From assembly GCA_027001995.1 (NCBI GenBank), contig JALTLO010000019.1, forward strand, positions 48,874-86,892: a stretch of DNA of 38,019 bases, in the 5' to 3' direction. Positions 28,026-36,617 of this stretch are shown piece by piece. Source of the stretch: Planctomycetota bacterium (GTDB taxonomy: Bacteria; Planctomycetota; GCA-002687715; DRQF01). Made by a program: the position numbers and the translations under genes. Each line of letters opens with the position of its first letter. Within the stretch, counting starts at the first letter, position 1. The notes beneath the pieces were generated by a model that ran no database searches, was not told the DNA's origin, and saw only the letters and a list, made by a program, of their open reading frames with translations.

Positions 28026-30347
28026 CTATGCCTTCTCCAACTTCACAGCGCACATCTTAAACTCTGGTTGTTTCGAACCAGGATCGAAGGCGTCTATGGT
28101 GACTAAGTTGATAAGACTCGGAACGTCTTCCCAGTGCATCGGGACAAAGATCATGCCGGGCTGAGGCGCTTGGGTGATCCGCACTTTGACCGTAGCCTCA
28201 CCTCTCCGCGAGGTGATCTTGATCTTCTTGCCATCTCGAATTCCCAGTTTCTTAGCGTCGTCTGGATGCACCTCAACAAAGCATGTGGGGTAAGCACGGC
28301 GCAATTCTCGAGCCTTCATGGTCATAGTGCCTGTATGCCAATGCTCCAGGACTCGACCAGTGGTGAGAACGAAAGGATAATCAGCGTCAGCAGGTTCGGC
28401 CGGACCAAGGGCGGGCCTCAGCCATACAGTCGCTCGATGGTTGGGGGCGGCGTAAAATTTCGTCTCGCCCGGCTTCAAAGTGAGGTCGGCGTATGGGCCG
28501 GCATCGAGACATGGATCTTCTCCCTTGACGAACCGTCTCGCGGTTCCAGGATGGCCCACTGTTGGGGCCGGCCACCTCACTCCCCTTTCCTTACGCAACC
28601 GCTCTCTTGTGATACCGCGGAAGTCGTATGCGGTGTCTTTCGACGCCAACATCATCTCTTCCCAAACGTCGTCTGTGGTCTTGAACTTACTGGACACATA
28701 GCCCTTAGGGACGACTCCATGGGCCTCCAAGCGACCAGCGAAATCAAGAAGGAAATCGAAGTCTGAAACGGTTCCTGCTGGGGCTGGAATCACTTGAGGG
28801 TGCAGTTGATAGCGGCGTTCGGACATGCCGAAGACACCCGTTTTTTCTGACCAGATGGCCGCTGGGAGCACCACATCGGCTAGCTCTGTTGTCCTGGTGG
28901 GGTAGCCGTCAATGACGCAAATAAACGGTTTGTTAGGCCGAGGTTTCCCCATAGCATCGCGGTAAACCGAGACATTGGGAAGACTATGCCCCGGGTTGGT
29001 GGTCAAGATGAGCATGGCTTGCACCTCATCTCTTGCCAAGGCCTGGAACATGGCGATGGTATGCAGACCTGGTTTGGGCTTGATGGTGCCGGGTTTACAA
29101 CCCCAGATCTTCTCCATCTCTTCTCTGTGCTTGGCTTTCTTGATGGCGCGGCCATAAGGAAGAATGTGGCACAAAGAACCGGTGTCGCGGACGCCACCAC
29201 AGGCATTGGGTTGCCCTGTAAGGGAAAATGGTGTTGCCCCAGGTTTGCCGATTTGCCCGGAGATGAGATGCAGATTGTGCATCAGGTTATTGACCCAGAC
29301 ACCTCGGGTTCTTTGGTTGAGCCCCATAGTCCAGAATGAAGTTGTTGGCCCCACAGCGAAGATTTTCGCTGCTTCCTCGATCTTGGCTTGAGAGACACCG
29401 GTCTGAAGCTCAGCCTGCCGCGGAGTGTAGTTCTTGCTGAGCCACTCAAAGTACTCATCAAACGTCACATTGGTGGGCTTTTTGTCTTTGACGATCTTGA
29501 ATTGGACGTTCTTTTCGATGAAAGCCTTGTCATGCTTCTTGTCTCGGATCATGCAGTAGGCCATAGCGTGAAGAACGGCTAAGTCATAGCCCGGCACTGG
29601 GTCGAGATGGACGTCAGCGATGGTGTCGATGGGGCTCTTTCTCGGGTCAAGGGTAATGATCAACACATCACGATTTTGTTGTTTGCGGGCCAAGATTTGG
29701 TCGTAAATGACGGGATGGCATTCAGCCGTGTTAGAACCGACCAAGAAGAACACTTTGGCGTGTTCAATGTCGTCGTAACTTCCCATGGGTTCATCTTTGC
29801 CGAAGGTAGAAACATACCCTCCGACGGCGCTGGCCATGCACAGGCGTGGATTACCTTCAACATTGTTGGTGCCGATGCCACCTTTGAACAAACGATTGGC
29901 GAGATAGCTTTCTTCGCTCATGGCTTGGCCCGAGCCATAGTAGGCCACAGAGTCTGGACCGTGCTTCTTGATGGCACTGGCAAACTTCTCGGCCACCAAG
30001 GTCATGGCCTCGTCCCAGGTAGCTGGTACGAGTGTGCCGTTCTTGCGAATCATGGGGGTCTTAAGACGGTCCTTGGCATGGACGATTTTAGGCAAGAACA
30101 AGGATTTGGCGCAGACCAATCCTTTCGTGGTGGGATGCTCCACATCTCCTCGAAGGGCCACCAAACGATCGTCCCGCACCCCAAGCATGACCCCACATCC
30201 GGTGCCGCAGAATCGGCAAACAGATTTGTGCCATTTGAGGGGGCTTGGAGCTTCGAACACCTTGCCCATCGCTTTCTGACTACTCGTGGCTGTAACAACG
30301 GCTGCCATCGCTGCCGCCTTCATGAAATCTCTTCTTGTATTTTCCAT
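28026..30347 (-). CDS. napA: Periplasmic nitrate reductase catalytic subunit
   Basis: AAGGAG before MENTRRDFMK (Tat motif); CRFCGTGC [4Fe-4S] motif; NPRLCMASA Mo ligand; SLTGQPNACG; LTTGRVLEHWHTGTMT; SKQPEFKMCAV. Confidence 0.95.
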   Translation of the reverse strand: MENTRRDFMKAAAMAAVVTATSSQKAMGKVFEAPSPLKWHKSVCRFCGTGCGVMLGVRDDRLVALRGDVEHPTTKGLVCAKSLFLPKIVHAKDRLKTPMIRKNGTLVPATWDEAMTLVAEKFASAIKKHGPDSVAYYGSGQAMSEESYLANRLFKGGIGTNNVEGNPRLCMASAVGGYVSTFGKDEPMGSYDDIEHAKVFFLVGSNTAECHPVIYDQILARKQQNRDVLIITLDPRKSPIDTIADVHLDPVPGYDLAVLHAMAYCMIRDKKHDKAFIEKNVQFKIVKDKKPTNVTFDEYFEWLSKNYTPRQAELQTGVSQAKIEEAAKIFAVGPTTSFWTMGLNQRTRGVWVNNLMHNLHLISGQIGKPGATPFSLTGQPNACGGVRDTGSLCHILPYGRAIKKAKHREEMEKIWGCKPGTIKPKPGLHTIAMFQALARDEVQAMLILTTNPGHSLPNVSVYRDAMGKPRPNKPFICVIDGYPTRTTELADVVLPAAIWSEKTGVFGMSERRYQLHPQVIPAPAGTVSDFDFLLDFAGRLEAHGVVPKGYVSSKFKTTDDVWEEMMLASKDTAYDFRGITRERLRKERGVRWPAPTVGHPGTARRFVKGEDPCLDAGPYADLTLKPGETKFYAAPNHRATVWLRPALGPAEPADADYPFVLTTGRVLEHWHTGTMTMKARELRRAYPTCFVEVHPDDAKKLGIRDGKKIKITSRRGEATVKVRITQAPQPGMIFVPMHWEDVPSLINLVTIDAFDPGSKQPEFKMCAVKLEKA

Positions 30348-30396
30348 GACCTGCTCCTTTTCCTTGAGCATGACCTCAAGGCGTTGCCGGTTGCCC

Positions 30397-30675
30397 TCAG
30401 GCTTCGGCGATTCTGTCTGGATCTTCTTCGAGTTCGACGGACACCGGCCAAGCTCCCCAAACACCAGGAGTAGCCTTGATGGGCCCTTCGAGAATCTCTT
30501 CGGCCCCGGCGGCGTCTTTGGTTTCGATCAGGATTCCGACGCGGTCTTGGTCGTCTAGATCGAAGGTTTCAACTCCGGGAATCTGGTTTAGTCGTTGTCT
30601 GACTTTCACGGACGCCCCAGGTTCGATGCGGGCGAAAGCGCCTACCACAGCAAGGGTTTCAATGTCTTGTCTCAT
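30397..30675 (-). CDS. napD: NapD chaperone
   Basis: ~92 aa ferredoxin-like protein (LNQIPGVE...RVGILIET) immediately upstream of napA; ATGA overlap with the preceding gene. Confidence 0.75.
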   Translation of the reverse strand: MRQDIETLAVVGAFARIEPGASVKVRQRLNQIPGVETFDLDDQDRVGILIETKDAAGAEEILEGPIKATPGVWGAWPVSVELEEDPDRIAEA

Positions 30676-31124
30676 CCCATTCCCCCACAACTGGCCAGGC
30701 TGTCTGCTGCGCGGCAGAGGCTTGCGTAGTATTCATCAACAGAAAGTCCGAGGAGGGCGGAGCCGTAAAGCTCTGCCTCCTCGGACGTGACGATTTCGCC
30801 ATAGTTAATACGTGCCACGTGATAGGCAACGATCGCAGGGAGAACGGGGTCTGAGCGAAACTTCGGGTGGACAAAAAGCTGATAACCATCTTTTGGCCCC
30901 GTGTCCTTCGGTTGTGCCCAGGCGAACTCACCGTCTTGCAAGTTGGAAGCGTCGAAGATGAGGTCCGTAGCGAATCGAACACACTCCGCATCTTGCAAGT
31001 AAGCCATCAAGGATGCCTCACCATTCAGATCTGGATGACGTTTCTTTGTCGCCATGGCTTTCTCGACCACATGATCGCGCAGGGCAATCTTTCCGTCTTG
31101 TTCTGTCGGCTCGTGTCGCTTCAT
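30672..31124 (-). CDS. Hypothetical cytoplasmic protein in the hao-nap operon
   Basis: 150 aa with no signal peptide or CxxCH; coupled to napD by ATGA overlap. Confidence 0.75.
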   Translation of the reverse strand: MKRHEPTEQDGKIALRDHVVEKAMATKKRHPDLNGEASLMAYLQDAECVRFATDLIFDASNLQDGEFAWAQPKDTGPKDGYQLFVHPKFRSDPVLPAIVAYHVARINYGEIVTSEEAELYGSALLGLSVDEYYASLCRAADSLASCGGMG

Positions 31125-31159
31125 TTCACAGCTCTTTCTCTCTGCTTACGTCGCTGAAA

Positions 31160-32620
31160 TTACTTGGCGTAGCGCTTTAGGAAATCCTTCCGCGCTGCAT
31201 CTCTTCTGGCTTTTTCTTTCGGATCGAGCTTGTCGATTGCCCACCGGTGATTCTTGGTGTTCATCGTCTCAGTGATCTTGGCATCAAGATCCTTCGCCGC
31301 TTTCACCATGGCCGGGTCCTTTGATTCTTTGCCATCTTTCACCATGTGCCGCAATGCGGGAATATAGTGAGAGTAGAAAGTCTTGGCCAAATCGTAGGTT
31401 CCATGCCAGTGGGTGTAATCAGGAGCCATCATGGAAGCACCGTGACGAGCACGACGACCTTCATGATGCCAAAGCTCAAACCAAATCCAATCGACCTCAT
31501 GGGAGAAGGGCGCCTTATATGGCTTTAGCTTCTTAGCCAAAGCATACAGAGCCATGCCTGGTTTGGCATACTTCTCGTTATAGAGTTCGATCATTCCGTC
31601 GTACTGAATGTAGAAGTTCTCCACCCAGTTCTTGTTGTGGCAATTGCTGCACACATCCTTCATATTGGCGCGACGGACTTGCCAAGGGACGTCCTTACCA
31701 GGAAGTCCCATTTTGGCATCCGCAACCTCGGGGCGAACCGAAATCTTGGGTCTGTTGTTCCAACTGATCCGCATGCCAATGTCATGGGTAACCGGTTGAT
31801 TCTTGGTTTGGGACATATGGCATGTCGCACAGGTAGGTGCGGCCCAATAGTCTTCACCAACAATCCACTTGTTGGAATCCAGGTTCATCTTGTCAATATT
31901 CGAAAAGAAGGCGATACCGTGCTTCGACTCCTCGTAGATCTCCTTTTGAGGATGATCGGGTCCGAGGTGACATTTGCCGCATGTATCTGGATGCCTTGCT
32001 TGCGCCGCAGAAAATGTGTGGCGCGTGTGACAGGCGTTGCAAGATCCTTCAGTTCCATCCGGATTCAAACGGCCGATGCCGCTATTAGGATAGGTTGCAG
32101 GATCGAGCTTGCCATCAGGCAGAACTTTGATTTGAGAACCATGGCATTGCCAACAACCATTGACGGCAGCAGCAGAGTTACCATGGGGAAATCCAGGTGT
32201 GACGAAGTCGCGGTTTCCTTCAACAACTTCCGCGAGGACGTTGTCGAGAGATCCCAGAATTCGACCGGCCTTCGCATGATGCGAACCGGAGAACTCTTTG
32301 ACTTCCTTCTCGTGACAGCGTGCACAGTCTTTGGGGGAGACAATGACCGCTATCGTGTTGTTGTAGTGATTGACAGCATCCACATCCGATTTCTCGGCTG
32401 CATGACACTCATAACAACCAACATTGGCGCGATAGTGTTTGCTTTCGCCCCATTGCTGGTAGATACCAACGTTTTGCTTTTTGTGGCAATCGATACATTC
32501 TTTCGATTTCGCCGAGACTTCCGGCAGACCAAAGGCCTGCGCTTGGGCCATAGAGGCCGTTAGGAGTCCAACAAAAACGCAGAGAATGGCGCGCATTGTC
32601 CACTGGGTTAGATTTCTCAT
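31160..32620 (-). CDS. Octaheme cytochrome c of the hydroxylamine oxidoreductase (HAO) family, reductive-type signature
   Basis: AAGGAG before MRNLTQW; signal peptide ending AQA; eight CxxCH motifs (CIDCH, CYECH, CARCH, CWQCH, CNACH, CGKCH, CATCH, CSNCH); GPDHPQKEIYEESKHG, APTCATCHM and C-terminal MMAPDYTHWHG. Confidence 0.9.
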   Translation of the reverse strand: MRNLTQWTMRAILCVFVGLLTASMAQAQAFGLPEVSAKSKECIDCHKKQNVGIYQQWGESKHYRANVGCYECHAAEKSDVDAVNHYNNTIAVIVSPKDCARCHEKEVKEFSGSHHAKAGRILGSLDNVLAEVVEGNRDFVTPGFPHGNSAAAVNGCWQCHGSQIKVLPDGKLDPATYPNSGIGRLNPDGTEGSCNACHTRHTFSAAQARHPDTCGKCHLGPDHPQKEIYEESKHGIAFFSNIDKMNLDSNKWIVGEDYWAAPTCATCHMSQTKNQPVTHDIGMRISWNNRPKISVRPEVADAKMGLPGKDVPWQVRRANMKDVCSNCHNKNWVENFYIQYDGMIELYNEKYAKPGMALYALAKKLKPYKAPFSHEVDWIWFELWHHEGRRARHGASMMAPDYTHWHGTYDLAKTFYSHYIPALRHMVKDGKESKDPAMVKAAKDLDAKITETMNTKNHRWAIDKLDPKEKARRDAARKDFLKRYAK

Positions 32621-33894
32621 GAGACAGTCTCCTTTGACTTTTGGTCGGACTCCCCAGTGCCGACCGTTTCCAACGAATAGCTGTGATCGTAGGTAAGTTT
32701 CCCCGTGAGGACGGGAATCGTAATGCGTACAAAAATGGTGTAGGCCAAAAGACCGAAGGCCCAGATGCCCAAGCACACCAAGATCTCATTGGCAGTTGGG
32801 GCATACTCGACAATCTCGCCAAGTGGTGACGGGATGAATGCCGGAATAATCAGGCCCATGCCTTTTTCGATCCAGATGCCAACAATCATGGCCACACAGG
32901 CGATATTCAACCAAGCCACCTTCTTTACCGCCGGGGTGTAGAGAATCAAGAGTGCGATGGTGTTGAGTCCGATGGCACTCCAGATCCATGGCACCAGGGC
33001 TTCGTAGCGCCCAAGCCCGTGGTGGTTATCAAGACCGAAGAACAGGTACTTGGCAGAAATACTGTGGGCTGCCCCCGTGTAGAACTCGGTGAACAACTCA
33101 CACCCCAACAAGAAGGCATTGATAGTGAGGGCCACGGTGACGATGCGACGGAGCAAAGCCAAAGCCTCATCGGGCACATTGTAGTCAGTGAATTTGCGGA
33201 TAATCTGCAAGGTCAAGATGATAAATGCCGGGCCAGCGGCAAAAGCCGAAGCCAAGAAGCGAGGGGCAATGATGGCGGCGTTCCAGAATGGACGCCCTCC
33301 TAAACCGACGTAAAGGAATGCCGTCACCGTGTGAATACTGATGGCCCAGAACACCGCCAAGAAGACAAATGGCATATAGAACTTCTTGCCGGGTTTCTTC
33401 TTCTTATAGGCACACCAAACTAAGTAGCCACAGATGTGAAGGTTGAGCATCAAGTAGACGTTCAGAACCACAACGTCCCAGGTCAACATCGACATAGGAA
33501 AGTTGAAGCGCAAGAACAGATGCATGAAACGATCAGGGCGTCCCAAATCAACGGTCACAAAGGCCAAGCACATAAGAATGGCCGCCACCGCCAAGAGCTC
33601 ACCAAAGATGACGAGGTCATGAAGGGCCGTCTTCTTATAAATGTAAACCGGAATCACCATCATGGCTGCGGCCGCGGCCATCCCCACCAAGAAAGTGAAG
33701 TTGGCGATATAAAGGCCCCAAGAAACCTGGTCGGTCATACCCGTTGTGATCATGCCATCAACAAGCTGCTTGCAATAGGCGTTCAGGCCCAACAATGCCA
33801 CAACGGTCAGCAGTAGCATCCACAAGCGATAGCGCCAATCTCCGATGAAACTCAGAGCAAAGCAACGTTTCAGAAAGACAAGATAGGCACCCAT
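32617..33894 (-). CDS. NrfD/PsrC/DsrP-family quinol-oxidising membrane subunit
   Basis: About 10 hydrophobic segments; VSWGLYIANFTFLVG, VDLGRPDRF and SIHTVTAFLY motifs. Confidence 0.9.
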   Translation of the reverse strand: MGAYLVFLKRCFALSFIGDWRYRLWMLLLTVVALLGLNAYCKQLVDGMITTGMTDQVSWGLYIANFTFLVGMAAAAAMMVIPVYIYKKTALHDLVIFGELLAVAAILMCLAFVTVDLGRPDRFMHLFLRFNFPMSMLTWDVVVLNVYLMLNLHICGYLVWCAYKKKKPGKKFYMPFVFLAVFWAISIHTVTAFLYVGLGGRPFWNAAIIAPRFLASAFAAGPAFIILTLQIIRKFTDYNVPDEALALLRRIVTVALTINAFLLGCELFTEFYTGAAHSISAKYLFFGLDNHHGLGRYEALVPWIWSAIGLNTIALLILYTPAVKKVAWLNIACVAMIVGIWIEKGMGLIIPAFIPSPLGEIVEYAPTANEILVCLGIWAFGLLAYTIFVRITIPVLTGKLTYDHSYSLETVGTGESDQKSKETVS

Positions 33895-33896
33895 GA

Positions 33897-34853
33897 TTAA
33901 TCCCCTTTCTCTTCTGAACGATGATAATCTTCATCGAAGTAGTAGAAGAATCGAGGAATCGTGCCGACTTCTTCCTTCAAGACAAAAACTCGTTTGTGCT
34001 TCAGCACCTGAGACACATCGCTATTCGGATCTTTGATGTCACCAAACTTGCGAGCGCCAACGGGGCAGACTTCTAGGCACGCAGGATTTTGACCATTGCG
34101 TGTGCGATGCAAGCAGAAGTGGCACTTCTCCATCACCCCTTTGTGACGAGGGCGATTGGAAAGATAGGACATGGTCGGATTCACTTCTTCCTTCGGAATA
34201 GAAGGTTCTGTGAAGTTGAATCGTCGAGCAAAGTAGGGGCAAGCAGCTTCGCAATAACGACAGCCGATGCACCAATCATAATCAACAACGGTGATGCCGT
34301 CGGGCTCGGTCCAGGTCGCTTCCACAGGGCATACCTTGGTGCAAGGAGGGTTCTCGCACTGATGGCATTGGATGGGCATGTAGAAGTGGTCGTCTTTCGG
34401 CACCTTGGGGTGATCATAGGTGTGATCCCCCTTCTCGATGTCAATCGTGCCTCGAGGCATTTCCAAGACGCGGATGTACTGAATTTCAGGATCGCGACTT
34501 TGATTGTTTTCTTCCACGCAAGCATGGACGCACTTACGACAGCCAATGCAGGCTCCCAAGTTCAAAGCATAAACAAACTCGACACCATCTTTAGGTTTGA
34601 TGTCGCGGATGTCCGGACGAACCTTGTATCGTTCTTCCACTTCCTTGGTGATGCGATCCAAGACCTTGGCCATCTCGGTCTCGTCCAGCTCTTTGTAATG
34701 CTGTTGCAAGAATTTCTCGACGGTAAAGTCAGAGGTATCCAAAGACTTCAGAGGTGATAGGGCTGCAACCAAGGCGGCCATGCCCCCCGCTGCGCCTGTG
34801 GCGGCCCGGAAGAAACTCCGCCTATCCATGCTGCCATTGCTCGAGCAACTCAT
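33897..34853 (-). CDS. Tat-exported 4Fe-4S ferredoxin subunit (NrfC/DsrO-like)
   Basis: DRRSFF Tat motif; CIGCRKCVHAC, CHQCENPPCTKVCP, CIGCRYCEAACP and CHFC...PACLEVCP. Confidence 0.92.
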   Translation of the reverse strand: MSCSSNGSMDRRSFFRAATGAAGGMAALVAALSPLKSLDTSDFTVEKFLQQHYKELDETEMAKVLDRITKEVEERYKVRPDIRDIKPKDGVEFVYALNLGACIGCRKCVHACVEENNQSRDPEIQYIRVLEMPRGTIDIEKGDHTYDHPKVPKDDHFYMPIQCHQCENPPCTKVCPVEATWTEPDGITVVDYDWCIGCRYCEAACPYFARRFNFTEPSIPKEEVNPTMSYLSNRPRHKGVMEKCHFCLHRTRNGQNPACLEVCPVGARKFGDIKDPNSDVSQVLKHKRVFVLKEEVGTIPRFFYYFDEDYHRSEEKGD

Positions 34854-35488
34854 TTGTGTGATTCCTTGTTCGGGTGCATACGCAAGGTGTTGGGTCCTGG
34901 AAGAGGTGTCACAGGTGACATCGCCGGCGTCCGCGGGTGGTGAGGGTCATGGCATTCCGTGCAGGTCAGCTTCTTGCGCTCTCCCGCAGTCGAATCCCAA
35001 AATCCATTGGTGCGACCATGGATACCATTGTCCCAGTCTTTGCGCTTGCGCACATGACACTGGCCACATTGATCCACGACATCGGCATAAGGCATTTCAC
35101 TGCCGTCCAAGCCAGCCAACTTGTCACGATTCTCCCAGGCGTGACATGTGGAGCATTTCACATTGGGACCATGATTAAGCTTCACGTTTTGGTGCCGCAG
35201 AAGCTTGCGAGGCTTGTCACTCTTACTCACAACGCTGGTATGACAGTGCATGCAAGTGGCATCGTTCCCAGCTAACTTAATGGTGGGAGGATCTGTCATG
35301 GGAACGCGCCGGGGTGCTGCGGATAACAAAGCCCGATCGAACTCAGGGGTTGCAGCGTTGGGCAAATCGTCCAGATTAGGTCCCCAAAGGAACCACGCTG
35401 CCAGTCCGAACAACAAAGGACCGATGGCCCACCCTGGCACCCAGGGGGATCCAGGCTCTGTCGTTTGGTTTTGTTTGGTGTTGCTCAT
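34850..35488 (-). CDS. Membrane-anchored tetraheme cytochrome c
   Basis: N-terminal TM segment; CMHCH, CSTCH, CGQCH and CTECH followed by DPH; ATGA overlap with the ferredoxin gene. Confidence 0.85.
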   Translation of the reverse strand: MSNTKQNQTTEPGSPWVPGWAIGPLLFGLAAWFLWGPNLDDLPNAATPEFDRALLSAAPRRVPMTDPPTIKLAGNDATCMHCHTSVVSKSDKPRKLLRHQNVKLNHGPNVKCSTCHAWENRDKLAGLDGSEMPYADVVDQCGQCHVRKRKDWDNGIHGRTNGFWDSTAGERKKLTCTECHDPHHPRTPAMSPVTPLPGPNTLRMHPNKESHK

Positions 35489-35638
35489 CTCTCACTTTCT
35501 TCCTGTCCACCAGCCCGTGCTTCCCAAGGGCGGCACCGAAAGACTCGAAATCGGGGACCTACCCCCAGTTTCCGAGCCGGGACAGAAGGGAACGCAAAAC
35601 CGTGGCCATAAGGCTCAGAAATTCGAGTTTTCTGAAAA

Positions 35639-36268
35639 TTAGAAGATCAGGTGAGCAACGGTGACAACAAAGAAGGTCCACAACGTGGCGTAGGCCGACT
35701 CACGCATGCCAACGCGCTTGAGACCTTGGCGTCCGCCAGAACCACCAAGAGAAAGCGATTTCCTCACTTCTACCGTTCGCCAACAAAAAAACGGCAGCAA
35801 AAGAATAAGCAAACCAAAGGCACAAACATAAGATGCACCTCCGGCCACAGCAGCGCAGGGTGCGGCCAAAGCCAAAGCCCCCACAAAGAATGTCAGCGCT
35901 GGCAAAGACTGAAAACCCAAACGATAGGCGAGGTATGCCCCAAGTAGCCCGGGCAGGGCTGCTAAAGACCCCACAACAAAGAAGACCGGATTGGCCCCAA
36001 TTGAAATGGCAATCACAGGAGCGACCACGGCCAAGGTCAATCCAAGAAGAAAACGCAAGCGATCCCGCTGTCCGAATCTCTTAGCCAGCACACAACTCGT
36101 CAGGAAGATCCCTACGAACCCCAGGATGGCGAAAGAGGCGGCAACAAACTGCCCCCCCGCAAAGGTCAAACCCGCCAAAGCCGAAAGCATAAGAAACACC
36201 CAAGCCCCATGAGACCGAGTCGGATCTGGAAGCCCTCGCCGCCAAGATGGAAGGGATAAATCGAACAT
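35639..36268 (-). CDS. YwiC-like integral membrane protein
   Basis: N-terminal P..SHGAW motif typical of YwiC-like proteins; multiple TM segments; GGGAGGG before ATG 36268. Confidence 0.65.
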   Translation of the reverse strand: MFDLSLPSWRRGLPDPTRSHGAWVFLMLSALAGLTFAGGQFVAASFAILGFVGIFLTSCVLAKRFGQRDRLRFLLGLTLAVVAPVIAISIGANPVFFVVGSLAALPGLLGAYLAYRLGFQSLPALTFFVGALALAAPCAAVAGGASYVCAFGLLILLLPFFCWRTVEVRKSLSLGGSGGRQGLKRVGMRESAYATLWTFFVVTVAHLIF

Positions 36269-36617
36269 ACCCTCCCAACCCCGCAATCAGAATGCCAACA
36301 AGCCCAACACGCCGAATCAGACCGCGCCATGAGGAATTTCACCCCACACTGCGCCATTTAACCCAAGCCATTCTTTCTCTCATGCCCCCCCTCTCTGAAG
36401 GAGTTGATTCGGGGCACTTCCTACACTCGTCTCACTGTCTTGGGAATTCTCGCTTTCTGATCAGGCTATTCTATCGATCGTGACAAACAGCGGCTTAGAA
36501 CTACCTCCCCACCAATCCAGAGAGTTGCCGGCGACCTTCAGTGCCTGTCAGTCATGATTGTCAAGAAATTCGGCTGATTCGTGTATACCAGATACTCACC
36601 CCAGCCGTCTTCACAGC

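Noticed and set aside
29607..30473. 288 aa plus-strand ORF
   Set aside because: Antisense shadow of napA.
31637..32563. 308 aa plus-strand ORF
   Set aside because: Antisense shadow of the octaheme gene.
31160..32620. Evidence for anammox or aerobic ammonia oxidation
   Set aside because: No hzs, amo, cycA or cycB context; the motif and the nap linkage favour a reductive role.
32617..34853. DsrOP of sulfur metabolism or alternative complex III
   Set aside because: No dsrMKJ, and no ActB molybdopterin-like domain or ActDEF; the context is nap/hao.
36545..36570. FNR/Dnr box upstream of the nitrate cluster (ttgac-aatc-atgac on the minus strand)
   Set aside because: The second half-site matches TTGAT-N4-ATCAA poorly and could arise by chance.
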